Shown here in pieces: positions 52,880 through 64,000 of a stretch of 64,000 bases of DNA. Within the stretch, counting starts at the first letter, position 1, and the number at the start of each line of letters is the position of its first letter. Where the stretch lies: positions 62,062,001 to 62,126,000 of the forward strand of contig OZ024742.1 in the NCBI GenBank assembly GCA_964016885.1. The letters are read 5' to 3'. Made by a program: the position numbers and the translations under genes. A model generated the notes under the pieces. The model searched no databases and had not been told where the DNA came from. It saw only the letters and a program-made list of their open reading frames with translations. This DNA comes from Eledone cirrhosa. Its lineage: Eukaryota.

Positions 52880-53290
52880 TAAATTAACAGTGTTGTATCC
52901 TGGAATCACTAGGTGTTTCAGGTCTTACACTATACACTCTCATCCAGGTGATCCAACCACAGATGTAAATACTTGGACACATCTTCAATGTTGTGTATCC
53001 TGGAATCACTAGGTGTTTCAGGTCTTACACAATACACCTGCATACAGGTGACCCAACCAAGGTTGATTAAGCTTTAGCCTCTGTCTGGCATTCTACTGAC
53101 CCTCCCTGGTCAGTTCTCTTCAGCCAAGCCATCTGGGTGATATCTCTGCTACTTCCATATTTTTCTAGATGGCTCTTCTGTTCACTCCCATAATGCCCAA
53201 GGTTCTGTACACTTTACTAAGGAAATGACCTGCAAACCCACAACTGCCAACCTCCACTGGTCTTATTCCTACAGTATTCCTCCAACAACT
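52880..53290 (-). mobile_element. HERO/NeSL-type non-LTR 3' fragment with duplicated tail
   Basis: Minus strand encodes PVEVGSCGFAGHFLSKVYRTLGIMG..RRAI..WLKR. A ~55-bp duplication lies at ~52890 and ~52990. Confidence 0.55.
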
Positions 53291-54039
53291 GGTGTTATTC
53301 ACCTGTCAGTTAGTGTCAAAAAGAAAAAAAGGGAAATAACTTTATTAGTTTCATGCCATTGTCTTTCAGGCATTCTCTGATGAATCTTCAAGGAAAAATC
53401 CTTGTTTAATTGAGAATGTTTTTAGTCTCCTTCACCTTTTGGGTTTTTAATCAGTTTTTGAATGTTCATGTTTTGAACATCAGAAATTCAAAACTTACAA
53501 AAAAAAAAGAAGAAAAATAATATTAATAATAATGATTTTTTTTATCAACCACAAAGTGTTTACATCAAGAAAATCATTATGACAGTACAGGATTGAAACG
53601 GTGTGTGTGTGTGTTTGTGTGTGGGTTTTGCATGTAAACAAATTTTAACAATGTTAAAAAAAGGTAACAAAATTAAAACAAAGAAGGTTCTTCAATTGGA
53701 AGGAGACATTCAAGGGTCATTTGTGGAAAATCTCATAAAACCACAGATGCCCTGACCTTAATAATAATTAAAGTTTACTTTTTTTCAAAAACAATCTAAC
53801 AATATAATAAAACCATTTTCCCTGCTAAAGCTGGGGTTAGCCTTGTGGATGTAATGACAATCCTCCACTTTGTCCTATCTTTTTCATTCCCACCCACCAA
53901 CACTCTGGCTTTCATTTCTTCTTCCATCATCCTCCAGTCATATCTTTCTTGGTCTTCTTCCACATTCATTTCCACCGTTTTCCATACCCAGTTACTTTCA
54001 TCCCCAACACATGACCTAACTGTTTCATTCCATTTCTCT

Positions 54040-54430
54040 TCTGTTCACTCCTGAGGAGATAGCAAAAGGCCAGATGGCATGACCACCTTCCCGTCCTGTG
54101 GTTGTAAACCCTTCATCTGGGATGCCACATGCAGCGACACATTCTCCATCAGCAACCTGGTGCAGTCTGCAACTAACCCAGGCTTTGCTGTACTTCAGGC
54201 CGAGGAAGGTAAACTCTCCAAATATCAATCGCTCTCTGACAGGTTTGCGGTCGAGCCTGTGGTAGAGGACATTTCTTGTGTCCTTAGCCCTAGGACCACC
54301 TCCATGCTCACCACTATTGGTACAGAATTGTGTGAGCCTTGAGAGCTGGAATGGCTCTTCCAACATGTCTCCCTCGCCATCTTCCAGGAGAATTCCTTCT
54401 CTATTCTGTCCGCTGGGGCAGCAGGGCGGC
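54040..54430 (+). mobile_element. CRE-type RLE fragment
   Basis: GDSKRPDGMTTFP..KPFIWDATCSDTF..AEEGKLSKY. Confidence 0.7.
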
Positions 54431-54601
54431 CAGCATGTGGGCTCCCATTTGTTCACAATAGTGTGTGATGGAGAGAGCGGGAGAGATAGAGGCAGTGACA
54501 GTGGGAGTTTATTTCCATTGTGTTTGAACCTGGTATATATGTATATATTTCCCACATTAACTGTATATATAAACACTGCAGTCCAAAAACAATATAAAGA
54601 G

Positions 54602-55002
54602 TAATGTGGAAAGTGATATATGTAATAAGGCTGAATAATGCAAAATGGATGGTAAGATGAAGGTAACAAAAAAGTTAGTTACCTGGTAATCTTTGTTTTT
54701 TTTCTATTGTTTCTTTTGTCATAATATTTCGGGACTTAAAATTCCCTTCCTCAGAGTATAAGGAACTCTCAGAGCAAAAATTTAAATCTTAATCTAATTC
54801 CAAAGAGAAGAAACTGGAACATTTTTTCTCTGAGAGTTTCTTATACTCTAAGGAAAGGTGTTTTAAATCCTGAAATAGTAGGAGGAAAGAAACAACAACA
54901 AAAAAAAACAAAGATTACCAGGTAACTAACTTTTTCGTTACCTTCATCTTTCCGTCCATTTTGCATTGTTTAGCCTTCTTACATATATCACTTACCACAT
55001 TA
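54602..55002. repeat. Inverted repeat, ~180-bp arms (54602-54780 / 54822-55002)
   Basis: The arms are visibly reverse-complementary, for example aaaagttagttacctggtaatctttg / caaagattaccaggtaactaactttt. Confidence 0.9.
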
Positions 55003-58000
55003 TATATTATATACAATGCTTCAAGCAAACTACATCATCTTATTAATATAAAGAGTAATAAATAACGGTGTTCAGAAAGCCAGTACAAAGCAGATGAAAG
55101 ATGCTACTAGGGTAAACGATAAAATAATGTTTTTACCCAATATAAAGAGTACTTTTTTTTAATAAACAAATAAACAATCTCAACTCGTTGTTTTTATGCC
55201 TGTTTTTCCATGCTTGCATGCGTTAGACGAGTCCTCTCCAATACAGCATCCTTCTACTTCTTTCTTTCTTTATAAATCTTTGTGAAATTCAGTTTCTCAA
55301 GGTGGCTTTCAATACCTCTCTCATGTCTTGCTTTATTTTCCTCTTCCATAACTTCCTTCTACTTGGCACTCCTGGCACATCTTTACCCAACAATCATCAA
55401 AATAAAAAATCTCAAGGAAAAAACTAGGAAAAATCCATAAAATTCAGGAACATGTAAATCAATGTTCAACATATATGTTACAAAATGAAAATAAATGACA
55501 ATATAGATTAGAGAAGACCCTTTGGTCCTGGCAAGCACTTCACAAACTCTTTAATATTGGTACCATGATAAAAGGTACCCAGTACATTTTGTAAAGTGGT
55601 AGGGCTTGTGCCATGATAAAATGCAGCCAGAACACTAATGAGGTTGATGTTAAGAAGGACATTCAACCATAGAAATCAAAGCAAATCATGGAATGTATGA
55701 GCAAGATGTGGTTTTCTGACCTGTCTAGTTTTGAAATTCATAGCTGGGTTTTCAGAATGTTTATTTATTAAACATGTATATTTTTAAATATACGAAATTC
55801 ACATACATATATATATACAGCTATAATGAAGCTAAATTTTAATTCTACTTTTAAGTTATACAGCTTCATATGCTAATCAACCCACCAACACAGGCAAAAG
55901 AATTATATATTTCTGCCTGTTTCAAGATCCAGCAGAAACCAAGCGGAAGCACTGTCTTGATGAAAGCCAGAAACTCGAAATGAATAGATAGCTATTCTTC
56001 ACTGCTTCTGCTGGAATCCGCTAGATGCGCTGGCCGTCAGCCTTTCAATTCATAGCTGGGCTTTCAATATATTTATTTATTAAACATACAAAATTTAGAT
56101 ATACGAAATTCACATACATGCTATGCCAAAGCTCAATTTGTTATATATACACACACATACATGCATGCACACTTATATTCCAAGAAACGTCTACAAAATT
56201 TTTCAAATATGCAATTCCATGACTTTGTTTTTTATTTAAAATCTTTTAAACTTTTCTTGTCAAATATATTTATTCAAAATATGGCGGGATATAGAAAAAC
56301 ATGTTGTAGAAATTTTTTCTTTTCTTTTTTGTTGTGTCAGTTATTAATCATTATCTTAATTATTATTGTTGCTGACTTCTTGTGTTTTATGAAAAAAGGG
56401 CAAGAGTGGTTAGATTGATGAGGCTGAATGGACCTACTTTGACAGTGATTTTCTAAGCAGGAGGAAACAAATTGGGTGAAAGTATTTTTCAATGCTTTTG
56501 ATGCAGCAAAGTAATCCGAGGTTTTATGGAATTTTTCCTCGAGAGGGAGGGGGAGGGGTCATCCACTCATAATGAGGAACGTTTCCTTGATGACTTTGAT
56601 TATAGGGTTTTCAATTGTTACTATTATTATTGTTATAACTACTTTTGTTTTGTTCATTTCCCCTTCCCTTTACCCAAATTAAATTCCATCTTTATGTTTT
56701 ATTTTTATTTTTCCTTGTATTTCCCCCAACGTTGTACACCTTTGTGGCCAATAAAAGAAATCATCATTATTATTATTATCATCATCATAATCATCATTAG
56801 TCTTATTTTCATTGCATGCTATCACTGCATTATCGAGCATAACTCTGCGGCTTGGGTATGTGCAGTGTTGTATTTGGTGTTGTTTCTAGTGTCTTGAAAG
56901 TATTCTTCATAATATAATAGTAGTGCTATTTTGTTGAATGTTATATAATTTTGTAAGTCCTGGAGTTTTGGTTTTGTAGCTGTTTATTATCATTATTCCG
57001 TTTGTTGCTTTTCTTGAATCGTAAGAGATTTTGTAGGTATAGGTCACGTTTTAATACGTATGAGAGAATCGGTTACCCTCTGAGGGTAAAAAATTTGATT
57101 TTATATTGCTATTAGTATTGCAGTCCTTTCCGTCTCTCTCACTAATGTATGGCTTGACGTTGGGGAGGCCTTCGATGACACAAGCACTAAGGGCACTCCG
57201 GTTGATGTTCAGATTCGCAGTTTTGTACCTAGTGAAATATAAGAAAACAAACTGAATATAGATAACATAAAAATATTTTGATGATAATTTTGGGGATTAT
57301 TAATCTCATCTTGAAAAAAAAGTTTTAATATTCACACTTTGAAAACTTGCCAAACAAAGTATAGAGAAAGCGCTTCAGTTGTGTCAAAAGGCATGATAAC
57401 CTCTCTAGTGCTAGCGCCATGATTGCAAGGATTTTCTCACTTTGCAGAGTGCGGTAACATATGTAAGTGAGGTGTGTTCTGCTCCATCTGAGTGATCACT
57501 GACTCTGATTAAGTAATGGTATTAATACAGGTTCATCCAATCCTTGCGAGCCAGGAAAACGAACTTAGTGATAATGACACAATGTTTCAATTGATTTGAT
57601 CTCCTATTGTCATCAGTTAAGTTTGAACTCAGAATATAAAAAGTCAGAACAAATACCGCAAGGCATTTTGTCCTATACTCTAACGATTCTGCCAATCCAC
57701 CATTTTGCTTACCAAATATCAACATCTTCCTGTATACCTATGTTCTATTTTTAATTAATTTAAATTTCGAAGTTTACCTCTTTGATTATGAATTAGGCAT
57801 TTAGCTAACATTTCTTTCTCTCCAAAGGATGAAAATTGAGTCATTAGAGCAGGGATCTCAAACTACCTTTCTATGGCCCATAGTAGAATAGAAACTTTGA
57901 AACAGAAAATTTGTTCCCCTACATTTTTTACTAATTCTCATATCATATGCATATTTATTTTGATCAAAAAATATTTGAATAGCTGCCTATCAGCTGTATT

Positions 58001-59211
58001 GCAGATTAGCATTATAACTGGTGAAAATCACGTCCCTCTCCATCTACTTTTGGTTCACTATGCCTCTCTTTCTGGATGCAATGGCCTTGTTGAGTCCTTT
58101 AGTTTGAGACCTCTGCATTAGAGCATAGTGTGAGATTCCTCATGGCATTTCTTCCAACTCTCTACGCTCTGAGTTCAACTTGAGCCGAGGTCAGTTTTGT
58201 TTTTCATCGTATAGTGAGGTTGATAAAATAAAGTACCTGTCTAGGATAGAAGATTAGCAGAATTGTTGTAGTGTCAGCTGAGATGGCTTGCAACATTTGC
58301 TTTGGTTCTCTGTGCTCTGAGTTCAAATCATGCTGTAGCTTACTTGCACGATAAATTGAATCCCAGTTTAAAAGTATGAACAGGCTCTTGGTTGTATTTA
58401 GTGGTGTCCACTCTGTTGCAAAGTGAATGCATGTGGCCTAGTGGTTAGGGCATTGGACATACAATCATAATGTCCTAGGTTCAATTCATGGATCAGGTTG
58501 TGTGTTGTGTTCTTGAGCAAAACACTTCATGTTACTCCAGTATACTTAACTGAAACTAAGTACCTGCAGTAGTTGATGGTTTAACTTTGTGATGAACTAG
58601 CATCCTGTCCAGGGGGTGGGGGAGTCTTATACTTTCAGTTGCTTAACACCAAGGAAACTGGGATAAGCACTGGCCATGTGACAGACATTTAACCCTTTAA
58701 CATTCACATTACTCTATATATACTATTATATTTTCATGATAAAGGCTTTACTTCGCATAATTATCTCACATAATATCGAATCTATGAGATTTTGAAAGTA
58801 TTTATTTTGAGAACAATACCTTAACATCAGTTTGAATGACCAGTTACAGCCAGTTTCAACAGAAAAAGGTAGAGAATTTTGGCTGGTTTGAACATTAAAG
58901 GGTTAGATCCTGTTGCAAGCATTTGGTTTGTGGGTATCTTTCAATCTTCCTTGTCTTTCGCCAGACAGAACATGAATTTGTGTAATTATATAACTTTTTT
59001 GGTTTACTACACAAAATACATAGTGCAAGTTTTGTAATTCTAATTCTACATGTTCCTTTATTGTTTTACTTGTTTCAGTCAGTAGATGGTGGCCATGCTG
59101 GGGCACTACCATGACATTTTTTGAAGTCATGTACATATTTAATAATCTTTTTGTCAAACTGGTAGGTTAAAGGACATAAACAAAGAGTAAATGCAGACAC
59201 TTGCACACACA

Positions 59212-61388
59212 TGTGTGTCGGGGAGAAGTGTGTCTGTAATGATAATGGTGTACTTGCCCTCACTGATACTGATAAGAAGATAACCTGGAAGTGTCACTAC
59301 AAGAGACTATTAAATGAGGAGAATATATGGGAAAAAGATAGTCTGCCCCAAATGGATCCAATAGAAGGACCAGCAGTGCAAGTTAAAGGTAGTATAATAA
59401 GTAAGGCAATCAAAGATATGAAGACAGGCAAGGCAGCTGGGCCTTCGGAGATAGTTGCTGAGATGTTGAAGGCATCTGGAACATACTATGATGGGACATA
59501 CTATGGTCACCAAAAGACTGGCATAGCAGCATCATCATTAACTGCTACAAGGGTAAAGGGGATGCTCTAGATAGGGGAAACTATAGAGGCATTAACTTAG
59601 TTGACCAGGTCATGAAAGTCACAGACAGAGTTATAGCACAACTAATCAGAGCAAATTGATGTAGATGAAATGCAGTTTGGGTTTGTGTCAGGTAAAAGTA
59701 CCACAAACGCTCTTTTCCTTGTACGACAACTACAAGAGAAGTAGCTAGCTAAAAGTAAACCCCTCTACTTAGCTTTTGTAGACCTGGAGAAAACCTTTGA
59801 CAGAGCCCCACTCCATTATCTGGTGGGCTCTTAGAAAACTAGGTATAGATGAATGGCTTGTGAGAGCTATACAAGCTATGTATAAAGAAACAGTCAGTAA
59901 GGTTAGAATTAACAATGAATATTGTGAAGAATTTAGTGTAAAAGTTGATGTTCATCAAGGCTCTGTCCTTAGCCCCCTCCTATTTATTATTGCCCTTCAG
60001 GCTATAACAGAGGAGTTCAAGACCGGCTGCCCATGGGAACTCCTATATGCAGATGATCTAACTCTGAATCTATGGCTGATTCGAAACATGGAAGCATGGC
60101 CTAGAAAAGGCCTTAAAGTTAACTTGTCTAAGACTAAAGTTTTAGTTTGTAGAAAGGAAAATAGGGCACAGGTGCCCTCAGGGAAATGGCCATGCTCAGT
60201 GTGTAGGAAAGGAGTAGACAGAAATTCCATTTTATGTCCCAAATGCAAACTATTGGTACATAAAAGATGTATTGGGATCACAGGTAAACTATCTAAGAAC
60301 GTAGAATTTATATGTGGCCGATGCTCAGGTGCAATAAGTAGCAAGTGTCCAAAGGATACTAGCTCCTTCTATTGCCCAGATGGTTCTATAGAAATAGTGG
60401 ACACTTTCTGTTACCTGGGTGATGAAATCAGCAGTGGTGGAGGGTGTTCTGAAAGTACAGTAGCCAGAGTCAGAATGGGATGGAAAAAGTTCAGAGAGCT
60501 TATATCGCTGTTGGCCACAAAAGGTTTCTCTCTAAAAATGAAAGGCAGATTGTATGATGCTTGTATACGAACAGCAATGCTACATGGCAGTGAGACATGG
60601 GCATTGCATGCAGAGGACCTGCGCAGACTGGAAAGGAACGAAGTATGCATGCTCCGTTGGATGTGTAATAGTAATATACATGAACGGCAAAGCATAAATG
60701 AACTAAGTGAGAAATTAGGAATAAGAGGGATCAGATGCTGTTTACTTGAGAGAAGACTACGTTGGTATGGCCACGTGATGCGCATGAAAGACGACAGCTG
60801 TATAAAAAAGTGCAGGGCGATCAAAATTGATGGTAGTTACGGAGTAGGTAGACCCAGAAAAACCTGGGACGATCTGATAAATTCGGACCTTACACACTTG
60901 CACCTCTCTAAGACAATGTCACTGGACCGAGATCTTTGGCGCTACGCAGTAATACGGAAGACCTGCCTTGCCTATGTACAAAGCAAAACGTACAGTCAGT
61001 AGGCACCTCTTAACCAAATATACACCCCAATCCACTCCCCCTACCCTATCCTCCCGCCCCCACCAACACCACCCTCTCTGTAAAGTTGGTACCACAACAT
61101 CCAGTCCAAATAAATGAGATAATGAGATCGAGATCGTGTAGGTGTCACAACAAAAAAACACACAGTCCACATTGTAATGTGGCCGTGTAGGTAACAGTAA
61201 AAAGTTCCCAGTTCCACACTGTAAATGTGGTTGGTGTTAGGAAGGGCATCCAGCCGTAGAAAACCTGTCAGTAGTCCTATATGAGTGAGACATGGTCACC
61301 CAACCAACCTTGCCTCAAGTGGGACAACTCCCGTCTAACCCATGCTAGCGTGGAAGATGGACGTTAAACGAAGATGATGATGACGATG
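59212..61388 (+). mobile_element. RTE-clade LINE, 5'-truncated (RT + PHD finger + C-terminal domain)
   Basis: Same family as 31822-34203. HQGSVLSP, YADD, FCYLG, MLHGSETW, RRLRWYGHV and GRPRKTW, with a (GAT)n tail. Confidence 0.93.
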
Positions 61389-61446
61389 AATAGAGCATAT
61401 AAGCCCCTTTAACAGAAAAATGGACATTAGCACTTATATATATACT

Positions 61447-63318
61447 GTAAGGAGAAAAATGTGGAAGTTGAAGGACCCCTCTGCCAGAAACAAATTTAGT
61501 GAAATGTTACTTGATGCTTTCGACAGTAAGGAAGAGCAAATAAAAGCATACAATATAGAGGAGCAGTGGAAATTCCTGAAAGATAATTTGCTGAAGGCAA
61601 GAGATGAAATCTGTTATTGGAGCAGACCTTTAGGGTAAAGGAGAATGGCTTGGTGGTGGAACAGTAGGGTGGAAGAGACAATTAAGGCTAAGAGGCGGGC
61701 TTGGAAAGAATGGTGAGATGGAGGCAGTAGAGAACACCATCAGGTGGCTAGGAGAGAAGCTAGGCAACAAGTGTACTTTGCAAGAAGGGAAGCAGAGGAT
61801 AGAAAGTTTAAGCATGTTCTGCAATGCAAGGACCAAAGCCTTTGACAGAGTCCCCCGCTCCATTATCTGGTGGTCTCTTAGAAAACTAGGTTGAATGGCT
61901 TGTGAAAGCTATACCGGCCATGTATAGAGGAACAGTCAGCAAGGTTAGAATTAACAATGAATATAGTGAAGAATTTAGCATAAAAGTAGGTTCTGTCCTT
62001 AGACCCCCCCCCCCCCCCCCCCCCATGTTTATTATTGCTCTACAGGCTATAACAAGAATTTAAGACTGGCTGCCCATGGGAACTTCTATATGCAGATGAT
62101 CTAACTCTCATAGCTGAATATATGGCTGAACTAGAGAAGAAATTCCAAACTTGGAAGCATGGTCTAGAATGAAAAGGGCTTAAAGTTAACTCGTCGAAGA
62201 CTAAAGTTCTAGTATGTAGAAAGGAAAATAGGGCACAGATTCCCTCTGGGAAGTGGCCTTGCTCATTGTGTAGGAAAGGAATAGGTAGAAATTCCATTCT
62301 ATGTCCCAAATACAAGCTATGGGTACATAAAAGGTGTAGTGGAATCACATGCAGGCTATCAAAGAATGTAGGTTTTATATGTGGCTGATGCTCAGGCACA
62401 GTAAGTAGCAAGTGCCTGCAGGATAGTATCTTCTTCAATTTCCCAGATGGTTCTATAGAAATAGTCGATACTTTCTGTTACCTGGGTGATAAAATCAGCA
62501 GTGGAAGAGGGTGTTCTGAAAGTACAGTTGCCAGAATAAGAACAGGATGTAAAAAGTTCAGAGAGCTAATACCACTGTTAGCCGCAAACGATTTCTCCCT
62601 GCTTGTATATGAACAGCAATGTTACATGGGAGTGAGACCTGGCATTGTTGTGCAATGGACCAGTGCAGATTTGAAAGAAATGAAGCGTACATGCTCCGAT
62701 GGATGTGTAATAGTAGTATACAAGAACAACAAAGCATAAATGAACAAAGTGAGGAATTAGGCATAAGAAGGATCAGATGCAGTATACTAGAGAGGAGATT
62801 GCGTTGGTTTGGTCATGTGATGCATATGAAGGATGGCAGCTGTATAAAAAGGTGCAGGGCGATCAAAATTGATGGAAGATACGGAGTAGGAAGACCCAGA
62901 AAGTCCTGGGATGAAGTGATAAAAGCTGATCTTGCACACTTGCACCTCTCAAAGTCAGACACAGGATCGAGATCCTTGGTGTTATGCAGTAATACAGAAG
63001 GCCCGTCTTCCCTTGTGCACAGACTCAAACATACACCCAGTTGGCACCTCTTAATCCCCTATAGTCCACTTCCATACACTCCCAACACCACCCTCTCATT
63101 CCTGCCCACACCACCCTTCCCCCTGCAAAGTTATGTTGGTATCACACCAACAACTAAAACACCCAGCCCACACTGTAAAGTGGTCGTCAAAGAGACATGG
63201 CAAAAAGCACCCAGCATACACTGTAAATGTGGTTGGCGTTAGAACTTGCCTCTAATGGGACAAAACTGTCTAACCCATGCTAGCATGGAAAATAGACATT
63301 AAACGATGATGATGATCA
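61447..63318 (+). mobile_element. RTE-clade LINE, internally deleted and decayed
   Basis: A further copy of the same family, with stops and frameshifts, ending cccatgctagcatggaaaatagacattaaacgatgatgat. Confidence 0.9.
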
Positions 63319-63874
63319 TGATATGCCCTCTTTGGACTTTAGTCTTCACATTTATTATTATTACTATAAATATATATATATATATATATATACAGTACTT
63401 AATACTACTCTACCCTTTCAAGCATGTTTCAGTCTTTTGTAATTTGACACTGACCTGCTTAGTCATTTCGCCATTACTCTCCTATTAATATTAGTTCTAG
63501 GGCCATTGCTTGAATTAACTTTTATTAATTTAATTCATTCCTTTATTTCTATTATGCTTACCTACCCCTTATTTGTGTTGCATTGGATTGTAGCAATTTT
63601 CCCGACCTATATCGGTATGTAGATATTACTTGTTCTGTTTTGTTTTTGTCCAATGTCCATTGTGTTTTCATCCTGAATATCTATCCATAGATATCTGCGT
63701 GTTTTCTATTGATGCACTGGTGGTGAATTGTCCAGTCTAATATAGCATCCGAAACTATAATGATCCACAGAAGACAACCAATGAGCGGGATTGTCCACAT
63801 GTTTGTTTTTTCTGCATTTTCTGTTTCCTACATTTCTCCCACATTTCATCTTTTAACGATATATATATATATAT

Positions 63875-64000
63875 ACAGATCTAGCTGTCGAAACAGCCAG
63901 AGCTCAGCCATCGGGGTCCTGGATCTTTTCATATATATATATATAAATGTAAGTATGCATATGTATCAGCTGTGTTAGGGCGAGAAATAAAATTCTAATT
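63875..64000. mobile_element. Fragments related to the inner PLE pseudo-LTR
   Basis: tagctgtcgaaacagccagagctcagccatcggggtc resembles the 3' half of the 8017-8110 hammerhead, and tgttagggcgagaaataaaat resembles 5068-5086. Both sit between (TA)n tracts. Confidence 0.55.

Noticed and set aside
55940-56015. Hammerhead-like TTGATGA..GAAA with gaatag/ctattc stem
   Set aside because: Stem II does not pair convincingly and the stem I register is broken. It may be a decayed relic but cannot be supported.

Overview
This is AT-rich, repeat-dense animal genomic DNA. The (TA)n arrays, SINE families and LINE content suggest a cephalopod such as Octopus, which is an inference. One host gene can be built by hand from GT-AG exons with consistent phases: TIPIN (Csm3/Swi3 family), + strand, 8 coding exons over 30031-52429, about 621 aa. 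It carries an unusual 16 x 13-aa TP/SQ-rich array directly after its RPA32-binding motif. The first 13 kb is a nest of Penelope-like elements (PLEs) inserted into (TA)n tracts. Two nested PLE insertions form a ~6.8-kb imperfect palindrome around a 5'-truncated RT + GIY-YIG ORF. PLE-derived segments across the window carry at least ten type I hammerhead-ribozyme folds, including non-canonical cores (a compensatory U3-A8 variant and a U4A variant), and share a short 3'-terminal motif. The window also holds an RTE LINE with a twin-priming-type 5' inversion, several RTE copies with an internal PHD finger, Gypsy, CRE, R4/Dong and HERO remnants, many SINEs and MITEs, and a 3.5-kb hexamer-based satellite grading from ACTAAC to GCTGAC units. 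Most ORF-track entries are microsatellite or antisense artefacts. All RNA structures were folded by eye and none is tested.
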